47,883 nucleotides of DNA from Nitrospirota bacterium (GCA_016208845.1 JACQXH010000078.1:14605-62487), one strand, 5' to 3'; shown: positions 7,620 to 16,673, counted from the first letter of the stretch. Notes: a model not told the origin generated them from the sequence alone. Translations and numbers: made by a program.

Positions 7620-8819
7620 TTAAAATATCGATATCTTACCAAATACGCCGTCATACCCCGGTGTGACGCTAATATCTCCGCGTCTCATTTTTATTATGCC
7701 GTCTGCAATTTTTCTGTCCGTGATCTCATGAAGGCCGGGCTCCGGCAGGTCCATGAGGATATCGAACTCTGTAGATGACGCGACGAGTCTTTCATATTCT
7801 CTCTTGACCTTTACAGTGTTGACGCCTGAACCAAATGCCTCTGCAATTATTTCCACCAATGGCACCATATGTCTGGAAGGTATTGCGTTGTCAGGGACAA
7901 AACCCCGACTTCTGTCAGCAAGCTCATTGACCCTGTTCATGACGCCTATCGTGAGGTCCTTTTTGCAGACAGGACATCTGTCCCCGTTTTTTTCAGTCTC
8001 TTCCGGAGAAAGCAGGACATTGCAGTCCCTGTGGCCGTCATAATGATATTTGCCCTCTTCAGGGAAAAACTCTATTGTGCAAAGGAAACGATTTTTATCT
8101 TTTTTTCTGATAGCATCAATGACATCAAAATAATCCATTTTACAGTCAAACACATTTGCCTCTCTGCCGAGCTTGCCCGGAGAATGAGCGTCTGAATTGG
8201 ACAGCAGGGTTATTTTATCCAGAGCAGAAAGCCTCCAGTTCATCTCCGGGTCTGAAGAAAGCCCGGTCTCAATGGCATATATATACTTTGAATGATCTTC
8301 AAAACACTCCTCTATGGAGTCAAAACCCGATTTACTTCCGAAAACAGAAAACCAGGGGGTCCATGCGTGCGCAGGAACAAAGAGACAGTCTTCTGAAATA
8401 TCCAGAACTATTTTCAACAGGTCCTTTGCAGGCGTACCCAGGATCGGCCTTCCATCAGAGGATATATTCCCCAGCTTTTGTAATTTGCTATTAATTTTTT
8501 CTGCGATCTCGATGCCTGGCGCCATTATGATATTATGGATCCTTCTAACGCTCCCTTTGAAAGAATAGATACTGCTTATTTCCGCTGTGAGCATGAAAAA
8601 TACTGACGGCTCTGTTGATGTTGTATAGAGGCCGTTGCCTGCAGGTTTGAGGGTTTCTTTTATATTCTTAAAATGAACCGGATGTGTGAAATCACCTGTG
8701 CCTAAAAGATTGATGCCTTTTTTCCTGGCCCACAATGCCATAGTCGCAACATTCATGTCTTTGCTTGTTGCACGGCTATAGCCTGAATGTACATGTAAGT
8801 CAGCTATTATTCTGGTCAT
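7620..8819 (-). CDS. endoQ: Endonuclease Q (PHP-domain, zinc-finger endonuclease acting at deaminated bases)
   Basis: DLHVHSGYSRATSKDM, GTGDFTHP, DGRP, PAHAWTPW, LSNSDAHSPGKLGREANVF, GKYH, CPVC, PLVEII and the C-terminal PGYDGVFGKI run collinear with my recollection of Pyrococcus EndoQ along the whole length. Confidence 0.8.
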   Translation of the reverse strand: MTRIIADLHVHSGYSRATSKDMNVATMALWARKKGINLLGTGDFTHPVHFKNIKETLKPAGNGLYTTSTEPSVFFMLTAEISSIYSFKGSVRRIHNIIMAPGIEIAEKINSKLQKLGNISSDGRPILGTPAKDLLKIVLDISEDCLFVPAHAWTPWFSVFGSKSGFDSIEECFEDHSKYIYAIETGLSSDPEMNWRLSALDKITLLSNSDAHSPGKLGREANVFDCKMDYFDVIDAIRKKDKNRFLCTIEFFPEEGKYHYDGHRDCNVLLSPEETEKNGDRCPVCKKDLTIGVMNRVNELADRSRGFVPDNAIPSRHMVPLVEIIAEAFGSGVNTVKVKREYERLVASSTEFDILMDLPEPGLHEITDRKIADGIIKMRRGDISVTPGYDGVFGKISIF

Positions 8820-8821
8820 AA

Positions 8822-8920
8822 TAAAATCAAAACTTAAATATCATCCCGAACAATCGGGACAAAATTGTGGAAAAATATATTGATAAATATTTTTTAATTT
8901 TGATCTTTGCATTTTAAGAT
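8822..8920. repeat. CAAAA-word hairpin element, same family as the one inside atpF
   Basis: It contains AAAATTGTGGAAAAA, a palindromic loop and TTAATTTTGATCTTTGCATTTT. Compare 42707-42807. The inverted form CCACAATTTT occurs at 15127-15283. Confidence 0.65.
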
Positions 8921-10027
8921 TTAAATTTCCTTTTCATATATCCTGTATTTTTTATAGAGCCTGCCGTTGAAGGTTTCAATTACCCTCTGTACAGGATAGT
9001 TGTCCTCTAATATCCATGAGAACTCAACCCTCTTAAACCCTTTTGCCAGCATGGTCTTAAGCCCTTCAATGAACAGAAGGGAGTCAACCCCCCTCCGCCT
9101 GTACCCAGGTTTTATCCCCAGGAGCAGGAGCCGGAGGTCTTTAATTTTTCGTGAATACCACAGAGCCTTGGGCAGGCCAAGAGGGAAGAGGCGGCCATTG
9201 ATCTTTTTAAGCACAAAATTAAAATCCGGAAGCATCATCATGAAGCCCACTGCTTCACCCTTGCATTCGGCTATCAAGGTAAGCTCGGGGATCATTATCT
9301 GCTTCAACTTCTTAGCTGTGTGGTCGATCTCCTCATCTGTCATGGGAACAAAGCCCCAGTTCTTTTCCCACGCTGAATTATAGATGCCTTTGAAAAGGTT
9401 CATCTCGCTCTTGAAGGCCTTCATGTTAAACGGCCTGGCCGTTATACCCTGTTTTTCAGCAATGCCGGAGACGCGGTAAGCCTTTTCAGGAAGTTTTTTT
9501 GGGACATCTATTATATAGGCAAACAGGTCTTTGGCCTTTCTCAGCCCGCACCTCTCGAATAATTTTTTATAGTAAGGAAAGTTATACGGCATCATTACCA
9601 TGGGCGGCTCTTCAAAGCCTTCTACAAGAAGGCCTAATTCTTCATTTGAAGAAAAATTCATCGGCCCTCTTATAATTGACATGCCTTTGCCTGTGAGCCA
9701 CTGTTTAGCTTTATCCATCAGTGCCTGCGCTGCAAGGTTTTCGTCTACACAGTCGAAGAAACCAAAAAAGCCTGCCTTTTCCTGATGAAAATTTATGTGC
9801 GCCTCGTTGTATATTGCGGCTATTCTGCCGACGGTTTGTCCATTTATCTTTGCGATGAACGATTTTACTTCTGCATGTTTAAAGAACGGATTTTTTGAAG
9901 AGAACTGTTCCCTGACATCCATTTTAAGAGGAGGGCACCATGAGGAATTTTTTGGATATAGTTTAAAAGGCAGATCCAGAAATTTATTAAAGTTTTTTTT
10001 GTTGTCAGCAGGCAGTATTTCGATCAA
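8921..10027 (-). CDS. Two-domain GNAT-fold acyltransferase family protein
   Basis: The C-terminal half has a GNAT motif A-like LLLLGIKPGYRRRGVDSLLF. Substrate unknown. Confidence 0.5.
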   Translation of the reverse strand: MIEILPADNKKNFNKFLDLPFKLYPKNSSWCPPLKMDVREQFSSKNPFFKHAEVKSFIAKINGQTVGRIAAIYNEAHINFHQEKAGFFGFFDCVDENLAAQALMDKAKQWLTGKGMSIIRGPMNFSSNEELGLLVEGFEEPPMVMMPYNFPYYKKLFERCGLRKAKDLFAYIIDVPKKLPEKAYRVSGIAEKQGITARPFNMKAFKSEMNLFKGIYNSAWEKNWGFVPMTDEEIDHTAKKLKQIMIPELTLIAECKGEAVGFMMMLPDFNFVLKKINGRLFPLGLPKALWYSRKIKDLRLLLLGIKPGYRRRGVDSLLFIEGLKTMLAKGFKRVEFSWILEDNYPVQRVIETFNGRLYKKYRIYEKEI

Positions 10028-10131
10028 GTTACGATGTCCGTTTCCCGTCTTTATATTTTATGGTTCTGATTATATCATAAAAAATATAAACCCAAAAGCA
10101 GTCAATGTTATTGACACTTAACCCCTCTCTC

Positions 10132-10160
10132 TTGACAGAGGATACCTTTTAATGTAATAT
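10132..10160 (+). promoter_or_regulatory. Putative sigma-70 promoter for the DUF433/DUF5615 pair
   Basis: TTGACA (10132-10137), a 17-nt spacer, then TAATAT (10155-10160), about 45 nt upstream of the ATG at 10205. Confidence 0.45.
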
Positions 10161-10204
10161 AGTGTCATACAATGTAACGCATTATAGAAACGAGGTGAAA
10201 AGAT

Positions 10205-10624
10205 ATGCCGACAGTTCAAAAGAGCATCAGAATTCAAGAAAGAACAATTAAAGAAATTGAGCAAATAGCCAGAGATTCAGGAAAAGAATTTTCTTCCGTA
10301 GCAAATGAATTACTCGAAGAAGCGGTAAGAATGCAGCGCTGCCCCGGCGTTATTTTTACTGAGGGGACTACAGGCCGCAGGGCTCGAATTGCAGGCACTG
10401 GCATTGAGGTTTGGGAGCTTATTGCAACTTATAAAGGAGTGGGTGCGGACTTTAAGCGGCTCCAGAAGGCATATCACTGGCTTACTGATCAGCAGTTGAG
10501 GGCTGCTATTGGCTATTACAGAATCTATGCTGAGGATATAGACCGTCTTATAAAGCAAAATGAAACATTAACCCAGAAGCATGTCCATGAAAGGTACCCA
10601 TTCCTTGACAGAGGTAATCGTTGA
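10205..10624 (+). CDS. RHH plus DUF433 domain protein (putative antitoxin)
   Basis: The N-terminal SIRIQERTIKEIEQIARDSG is CopG/RHH-like. PGVIFTEGTTGRRARIAGTGIEVWELI...LTDQQLRAAIGYY fits DUF433. The stop overlaps the downstream start (TTGA). Confidence 0.65.
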   Translation: MPTVQKSIRIQERTIKEIEQIARDSGKEFSSVANELLEEAVRMQRCPGVIFTEGTTGRRARIAGTGIEVWELIATYKGVGADFKRLQKAYHWLTDQQLRAAIGYYRIYAEDIDRLIKQNETLTQKHVHERYPFLDRGNR

Positions 10625-10974
10625 GATATTACCTTGATGAAGACCTAAGTCCGAAGATAGCAGAAATACTCAGAAAACATCATATAGATGCTATCAGCGC
10701 CCATGAAGTTGGAATGTTGCAGAGAAGTGATAGAGAGCAGCTTGAGCGGGCTTCGTCCGAAAAAAGATGTCTGTTAACCAGAAACAGAAACGACTTTATC
10801 CAGCTGACTGTTCAGTTCTTTAATGAACATCGGCCACATTATGGAGTGCTTATAATTCCGCATACATTACCCGGGGATAAATTTTCCCTTATGGCTAAAG
10901 CTATCATCAAACATCATTCAAAACATTGCAAAGATATATTGGAATCATACACAATTGATTTTCTTGAAGGTTAA
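10621..10974 (+). CDS. DUF5615 (PIN-like/Mut7-C-like) protein, putative toxin
   Basis: MRYYLDEDLSPKIAEILRKHHIDAISAHEVG...LLTRNRNDF is the typical DUF5615 pattern, and it is coupled to a DUF433 gene. Confidence 0.6.
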   Translation: MRYYLDEDLSPKIAEILRKHHIDAISAHEVGMLQRSDREQLERASSEKRCLLTRNRNDFIQLTVQFFNEHRPHYGVLIIPHTLPGDKFSLMAKAIIKHHSKHCKDILESYTIDFLEG

Positions 10975-11108
10975 AAGTCAATCAAAATGGTTAAATGTCC
11001 TCCCCAAATTTTTCTTGCAAGATTCCGTTTCTAACAGTAGAGAAAACAGCAAAAAAAAGATGCGCCCCCATTTTTTACATAAAGCGCAGACCCGTGTTCC
11101 TTTTTAGC

Positions 11109-11271
11109 TAATTTACGTAACCGTTCAGTTACGGGGGGCATAATATGTCATAAAGAAGGATTCCCGACAAGCGGGAATGACAGAACCTATTGTCATTGCT
11201 TCCTTTTGTCATTCCGGCTTGTCCGGAATCTCTCTTTTTCTCCCCCCGTAACTGAATGGTTACCTAATTTA
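11109..11271. repeat. Nested palindromic element
   Basis: The outer 30-nt arms are TAATTTACGTAACCGTTCAGTTACGGGGGG and CCCCCCGTAACTGAATGGTTACCTAATTTA. They enclose GGATTCCCGACAAGCGGGAATGACA and TGTCATTCCGGCTTGTCCGGAATC. Confidence 0.8.
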
Positions 11272-11336
11272 CTTTAAAAGTAATTGACCTAATTACTTTA
11301 ATATGTTACTCTTTCAATTAAAGGAAGGTGATATAA

Positions 11337-11606
11337 ATGCTTACCAAGTTAACAAGAGGAAACCAAATAACTATTCCCAAGCCCATTGTTGAAAAGGCAC
11401 GTCTTAAGTCAGGTACGGATTATCTTCAGGTGGAATACCATGAAGGGGTAATTTATCTAAAGCCTGTTGAAGTGGAGGAAAGAATTTCTCCTGAGGTCTT
11501 TGAAAAGTTTCAAAGACATATTTTAAAGAAAGAGAGAGAAGATGTATTAGTTGATGAAGAGGAGGCAGAAGATTTTCTATCAAAAAGGGCTAAGAGAAAA
11601 AAGTGA
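11337..11606 (+). CDS. AbrB/SpoVT-type antitoxin
   Basis: LTRGNQITIPKPIVEKARLKSG..YLKPVE with an acidic/basic tail. The stop overlaps the next start (GTGA). Confidence 0.7.
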   Translation: MLTKLTRGNQITIPKPIVEKARLKSGTDYLQVEYHEGVIYLKPVEVEERISPEVFEKFQRHILKKEREDVLVDEEEAEDFLSKRAKRKK

Positions 11607-11896
11607 AAAAATTCCTCTATAAAAAGGCATTTCTGCAAGCTTTTGATCGCTATAAAGAATTAGAGAAGGCATTGATAATAATGGCGGATAAACAAATCCG
11701 TCATTATTATTTAAAACAGAACGCACCTTTTGGATTAAGAATTAAAAAGCTTTTTGAAAATAAAGAGGGGAAGACCTTTGAGGCAAGAGTGTCTGATAAA
11801 ATTCGGTTACTTTATGTAGAGTCTGATGATGTAGTTGTTTTTGCCTTTTTAGGAAATCATGATGAAGTGAAGAGATATATTAAAAAATTTAGATAA
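11603..11896 (+). CDS. RelE/ParE-superfamily toxin (putative)
   Basis: About 97 aa. The C-terminal ARVSDKIRLLYVESDDVVVFAFLGNHDEVKRY resembles the RelE beta-sheet core (RvgdyRliY...v.l..vg.R). It is translationally coupled to the AbrB antitoxin. Confidence 0.5.
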   Translation: MKKFLYKKAFLQAFDRYKELEKALIIMADKQIRHYYLKQNAPFGLRIKKLFENKEGKTFEARVSDKIRLLYVESDDVVVFAFLGNHDEVKRYIKKFR

Positions 11897-11997
11897 AAAA
11901 CCAATTAATTCCCCTTTTAGCATTAACTGTCCTCCATACTTGAAAAGTATTCCACAGACAAAAGTGAAAATCATTTAAAAGAAGAGACGTTTTTCGA

Positions 11998-12100
11998 CTA
12001 AATAGAGTCTGTTTATAAATTACCATATGTCGCTGGTTACGTCATTCCGGCTTGTCCGGAATCCTTCTGAAAAAAGATTCCGGACAAGCCGGAATGACAG
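11998..12100. mobile_element. Truncated copy of a TIR-bearing palindromic MITE, fused to the 3' end of the SPT-like CDS
   Basis: CTAAATAGAGTCTGTTTATAAATTACCATATGTCGCTGGTTACGTCATTCCGGCTTGTCCGGAATCCTTCTGAAAAAAGATTCCGGACAAGCCGGAATGACAG is nearly identical to 23881-23982. It supplies the last ~27 codons and the stop of ORF 12020..13216. Confidence 0.8.
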
Positions 12101-13216
12101 CTTGAGCACTTTATCAAGATGTTCGTCAGTATGTGTTGCCATATAACTGGTCCTGATCAGGGCGCTGCCGTTAGGCACGGCAGGGCTTACAACTACGTTA
12201 GCAAATATCCCTTTGTCATGAAGCATCTTTGTCATTGTAAAGGCCTTTTTATCGTCTCCCACCACAACAGGCACGATAGGAGTCTCACTCTTGCCTGTGT
12301 CAAAACCGAGCTTCTTAAAGCCCGCAAGCATTTTGCCGGTGTTGTGCCACAAACGGGCTCTGCGCTCCGGCTCTTCTTCAATTATGTCGATCGCCGCACT
12401 TACAGATGCCACTGAGGCCGGGGGGGGACTTGCGCTGAACATCAGGGCCCGTGCAAAGTGTTTTATATAATGAATTACGTCCTCTGAGGCTGCAATGAAA
12501 CCGCCGATAGACGCGAGGGACTTCGAATAAGTGCCCATGATCAGGTCCACATCGTCCTCCAGGTCAAAATGCTCTGCAGTGCCTCTGCCGGTCTTGCCTA
12601 TTACACCTATTCCGTGGGCGTCGTCTACCATTATCCTTGCTCCGTATTTTTTTGCAAGCCTGACGATATTTGGAAGGTCTGCTATATCTCCTTCCATGCT
12701 GAATACGCCGTCAACGACTATAAGCTTGCCCCTGTCATTATATTGCTGAAGGAGCCTCTCGAGGTCCTCCATGTCATTATGCCTGTATTTTTTTATCTCA
12801 CTGAAAGAAAGCCTGCACCCGTCTATTATGCTTGCATGGTCCATCTTGTCGATCAAAACCACATCATCTTTGCCTGCGAGCGCTGATATGACGCCAAGGT
12901 TGGTCTGAAAGCCTGTTGAAAATACCAGGGCCGCCTGCATTCTCATGAACCGGGCAAGTTTTGCTTCAAGGTCTACATGGATGTCAAGAGTGCCGTTCAA
13001 AAATCTGGACCCTGCGCAGCCGCTTCCGTATTTCCTGAGCGCATTTATTGCGGCCTCTTTCACTCTAATTTCCTTCGCAGTGATAAACTTGTAACATTTA
13101 TCAAATATATCAGCCTGCGTTGTCTGGCTTCCTTTATTTACAGCCACTTGTGAATTTTGTACCAGTCTGCCGTCCATTTTATTCCTTTTTTGATCTCGAC
13201 CCTCGGTTGAAAACAC
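12020..13216 (-). CDS. Alpha-oxoamine synthase family PLP enzyme (serine palmitoyltransferase / 8-amino-7-oxononanoate synthase-like), possibly defective
   Basis: GSGCAGSRFLNGT, FSTGFQTNLG, DKMDHASIIDG, VDDAHGIG and GTYSKSLASIGGF (PLP lysine). The NNYLGL substrate-loop block appears to be missing in frame, and the C-terminal tail derives from the MITE. Confidence 0.75.
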   Translation of the reverse strand: MFSTEGRDQKRNKMDGRLVQNSQVAVNKGSQTTQADIFDKCYKFITAKEIRVKEAAINALRKYGSGCAGSRFLNGTLDIHVDLEAKLARFMRMQAALVFSTGFQTNLGVISALAGKDDVVLIDKMDHASIIDGCRLSFSEIKKYRHNDMEDLERLLQQYNDRGKLIVVDGVFSMEGDIADLPNIVRLAKKYGARIMVDDAHGIGVIGKTGRGTAEHFDLEDDVDLIMGTYSKSLASIGGFIAASEDVIHYIKHFARALMFSASPPPASVASVSAAIDIIEEEPERRARLWHNTGKMLAGFKKLGFDTGKSETPIVPVVVGDDKKAFTMTKMLHDKGIFANVVVSPAVPNGSALIRTSYMATHTDEHLDKVLKLSFRLVRNLFSEGFRTSRNDVTSDIW

Positions 13217-14112
13217 AGATCGTTCTTTGCATTGGTAATATTACACACCCAGTCAGTATACATTAACTCCCTGAGCTTGTCTCTATTTATCATTGTCCTT
13301 TTGCCAATAATTTTACTAATTCCCTGGCTAAAAAAGCCAATCGCCGGCAACAGGGACCTGTGCAATCTGATCTTGTTGACGTTTATAGAGAGCGCTGAGG
13401 CTATTTCATTTATTATCTCATTATTGGAGTAAATTCGTCCATCAGAAATAAAATAGATCTTTCCCACGGCTTTTTCGCTTTCTGCGGAAAGTATGATGGC
13501 ATTGACCAGGTCATCCACATACAGCATTGACACTGATCCATCGCCCCAGTATGGGATGAACCCTCTGTTTATAAACTTGAATAATAAAAATAATTCCTGG
13601 TCCCTCGGTCCGTAAACAGCAGCAGGCCTTAGGACACAAACTGGGACAGCACTTCTATGGCTCATGACGGCCTCTTCTGCTTTTAATTTACTCCTGCCGT
13701 AATCTGACACAGGATGCGGTTCAGAGTCATCTGAGGGCAGGGCTGTGCTGAGCACGGGGCCAAAGGCGGACAGACTGCTTACATGTACAAATCTCCTGAT
13801 CTTCGTATCATGCCTTGCAGCAGCCTGGATGATATTTTCAGTGCCTTTTGTGTTTACAGTGTAAAAATCCTCTTTGCAGTTCGCCTTTGTAAGTCCTGCC
13901 AGATGAAAGATATAATCGTGATATTTGACGCATGCACTCAGCGAATCGCTGTCAGAACAGTCTCCCTGAACAAATTTTGCATCAAGCCTCTCGAGCCATC
14001 TGAGGTTCGATGCCTTGCGCACGAGACAGGTGACCTCATATCCCCTTTTTATGAGTTCTTCGGTGAGGTGGCTTCCTATAAAGCCGGTTGCCCCTGTAAC
14101 AAGAGCCTTCAT
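13138..14112 (-). CDS. NAD-dependent epimerase/dehydratase (extended SDR) family protein
   Basis: MKALVTGATGFIGSHL Rossmann motif and the YGRSKLKAE catalytic YxxxK. Confidence 0.8.
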   Translation of the reverse strand: MKALVTGATGFIGSHLTEELIKRGYEVTCLVRKASNLRWLERLDAKFVQGDCSDSDSLSACVKYHDYIFHLAGLTKANCKEDFYTVNTKGTENIIQAAARHDTKIRRFVHVSSLSAFGPVLSTALPSDDSEPHPVSDYGRSKLKAEEAVMSHRSAVPVCVLRPAAVYGPRDQELFLLFKFINRGFIPYWGDGSVSMLYVDDLVNAIILSAESEKAVGKIYFISDGRIYSNNEIINEIASALSINVNKIRLHRSLLPAIGFFSQGISKIIGKRTMINRDKLRELMYTDWVCNITNAKNDLCFQPRVEIKKGIKWTADWYKIHKWL

Positions 14113-14262
14113 GTACCAATATTTAAACAGTACAGGGGCTCAGAGTCAAGTCTTTATCCTAAAAACGGCCGTTTCATTTACCCCGGAGGCACAGAGACAC
14201 GGAGAACTAAATGAGAAATTGGAAATAAAAAAGTGGTTAACTGCTTTTGGTTTATGGGAATT

Positions 14263-15126
14263 TTAACTGCCCAGCACAATAAGTATGAACCCGGCAAACA
14301 TAATTATTCCGCCGATGGCCCTTTCGGAGATTTTTTCTTCTTTAAATAAAAAATGGCCGTAAAGAATGCTGAAGACAAGGCTTGTGCGTTTTATTGAGAT
14401 CATATAGGCGACGTTGGTCATGCTTATTGCAACCATGTTGAAGATGATCATTAAAGAATAAGTAAAACCAATGGTTGACAGAGGCAGGAGATCATTTTTT
14501 GTTATAGTGAGCCTGGCTTTATGTTTTACAAAGGCTATTGGCGTTAACAAGAGGGTTACGAGCATAAAGTATATGCCTCCAAAAAAAACAGGAGATGAAT
14601 GTCCGATTGCCATTTTCACAAGCGATGATGTGATGCTGTACAGGAAGGCAACCATGATCATCATTACAGAACCTTTTTCCCTGAATATGGCTTTTATCGG
14701 CTGAATAAATCCCTGTCTCGCCTTATGGATGTTCAGTAAGTAACCGCCTATTGCTATCAGAAGGATACCGAAGCCTCCGGTTACAGTAACCCTTTCCCCC
14801 AGGATGAGATATGACGTTCCCATCAGGAATATGGGGGTCAACGCCAGAAAAGGGATTGAAAGGCTTATCGGTGAGACCTTCAGGGCCTTTGTATAAAGGA
14901 CTATGGCAGCTACTTCCAGGGGCAGGGAACATAAGACCGCTGTCCAGAATGTTCTGTCAATTCGTGGTATTTCGATAAATGTCAGGCTTGTGAGAAGAAC
15001 AGGAAGGGCAAATAATAAGCGTGCCCATGCAATAAAATATTCATCCCTTGAGACAAGCGCCTTTTTGGTCAAGGCGTCGCTCGTTGCAAGCAAAATTGCT
15101 GCCATTAGAGAATAGGTTATCCACAT
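14263..15126 (-). CDS. EamA/DMT-family transporter
   Basis: About 10 hydrophobic helices in two halves, each ending in an EamA-like ...GE..T/S... segment. Confidence 0.7.
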   Translation of the reverse strand: MWITYSLMAAILLATSDALTKKALVSRDEYFIAWARLLFALPVLLTSLTFIEIPRIDRTFWTAVLCSLPLEVAAIVLYTKALKVSPISLSIPFLALTPIFLMGTSYLILGERVTVTGGFGILLIAIGGYLLNIHKARQGFIQPIKAIFREKGSVMMIMVAFLYSITSSLVKMAIGHSSPVFFGGIYFMLVTLLLTPIAFVKHKARLTITKNDLLPLSTIGFTYSLMIIFNMVAISMTNVAYMISIKRTSLVFSILYGHFLFKEEKISERAIGGIIMFAGFILIVLGS

Positions 15127-15283
15127 GCAAAATTATAATCAAAAATAAAAGAGCAAAATTTAAAATTAAGGAATTACCATCGTACTGCGTAAAAAATGTG
15201 TATTAACTGTGTACAGAGCGCAGTACGGATTAGTCCACAATTTTGATATTTAATATTTAATTTTTGAATTTTATTTTATGCTG
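15127..15283. repeat. Nested word-hairpin element (AAAATT/CAAAA words outside, CGTACTGCG/CGCAGTACG inside)
   Basis: The order is GCAAAATTTAAAATTAAGG, then CGTACTGCG, then CGCAGTACGG, then CCACAATTTTGATATTTAATATTTAATTTTTGAATTTT. Confidence 0.65.
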
Positions 15284-16651
15284 TCAGTTTGCTATGTTGT
15301 ACTCTTTTATCTTTGTCAGAAGCGTCTTGTAGCTTACCTTCAGTATCTCGGCAGCCCTGCTTTTATTGCCGTGGGTTTGTTCAAGGGCCTTTTTGATCCT
15401 CGCGGATTCAGCCATGCTGAGGGCCGCGCTGGCGGCATCATCAAGGGTCCCGTCCATAGGAATGGCATAAGGCGCTGATGTTGAAACAGGAGGGGCCAGC
15501 CGCAGATGTTCTTCTCTTATCGTCTCTCCATCGCACAATATGAGCGCCCTTTCTATGACATTTTCAAGTTCTCTTACATTTCCTTTCCAGAGATAATTTT
15601 TCAGGACCTCTATTGCAGAGGCGGAGATGGTTTTTTGAGGGATTTTCATCTCTGACGTGAACCTTGATATAAAGTGCTCAACCATGGCAGGTATGTCTTC
15701 TTTCCTGTCTCTCAGGGGAGGAATTGTGATCGGGAAGACGCTCAGTCTGTAGTAGAGGTCTTCCCTGAATAATTTCTCTTTTACAGCGGCATCAAGGTTT
15801 CTGTTGCTTGCTGCAATTATCCTTACATCTATGCTTATAGGTTTTGTTCCGCCGACCCGCTCTATCTCTGCCTCCTGAAGGGTTCTTAATAATTTAGACT
15901 GCAGGCTCGTGTCCATTTCCCCTATTTCATCAAGGAAAATGGTGCCTTTATCAGCAAGCTCGAACTTGCCGAATTTTCTATCTACAGCTCCTGTGAAAGA
16001 GCCTTTTTCATGACCGAAGAGCTCTGATTCAAGGAGCTCCCTTGGGATCGCCGCGCAATTAATAGGAATAAAAGGATGCTCTTTGCGCGGACTTAAAAAA
16101 TGGATGGCCCTTGCAAAGAGTTCTTTGCCTGTGCCTGATTCTCCAAGCAAAAAGACGGTAGTCTTTGTCGTAGAGACTTTCTGTATATTGTTTGCGACCT
16201 CAAGCATCAGGGGGCTTTTCCCTATTATTGTCGGCATTCCGAGCTGGCCTGACAGTTTGTCCTTAAGCAGCATATTTTCTGTGATCAGCCTCTGATTTTC
16301 GAGAGATCTCTTAATGAGCATGAGCAGGTGGTCAGTATCAAGAGGTTTAGTGATAAAATCGTAGGCCCCCATCTTAATCGCCCTGACAGCGGTCTCGATC
16401 GTCCCGAATGCCGTCATAACGATTACCGGTATCAGGGAATTTTCTTCTTTTGAAGCCCTGAGGACTTCAAGACCGTCTTTTTTGGGCATCTGAAGGTCTG
16501 TCAGTACAACATCAAACTTTGACTCCTTTATCTTCCTGATGCCGTCAGCCCCGTCTCTGGCTATTACGACCTCATAGCCTTCCGGCTCAAGGGTTTCCTT
16601 AAGCATCTGCGCCATTGAGTCTTTGTCTTCTACAATGAGGATCTTTTCCAT
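15284..16651 (-). CDS. Sigma-54-dependent Fis-family response regulator (NtrC type)
   Basis: Receiver domain (VVLTDLQMPKKDG), AAA+ domain (GESGTGKELFARAIH, ESELFGHEKGSFTGA) and a C-terminal Fis HTH (NKSRAAEILKVSYKTLLTKIKEY). Confidence 0.92.
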   Translation of the reverse strand: MEKILIVEDKDSMAQMLKETLEPEGYEVVIARDGADGIRKIKESKFDVVLTDLQMPKKDGLEVLRASKEENSLIPVIVMTAFGTIETAVRAIKMGAYDFITKPLDTDHLLMLIKRSLENQRLITENMLLKDKLSGQLGMPTIIGKSPLMLEVANNIQKVSTTKTTVFLLGESGTGKELFARAIHFLSPRKEHPFIPINCAAIPRELLESELFGHEKGSFTGAVDRKFGKFELADKGTIFLDEIGEMDTSLQSKLLRTLQEAEIERVGGTKPISIDVRIIAASNRNLDAAVKEKLFREDLYYRLSVFPITIPPLRDRKEDIPAMVEHFISRFTSEMKIPQKTISASAIEVLKNYLWKGNVRELENVIERALILCDGETIREEHLRLAPPVSTSAPYAIPMDGTLDDAASAALSMAESARIKKALEQTHGNKSRAAEILKVSYKTLLTKIKEYNIAN

Positions 16652-16673
16652 GATAATTGATTATAAACTATGT

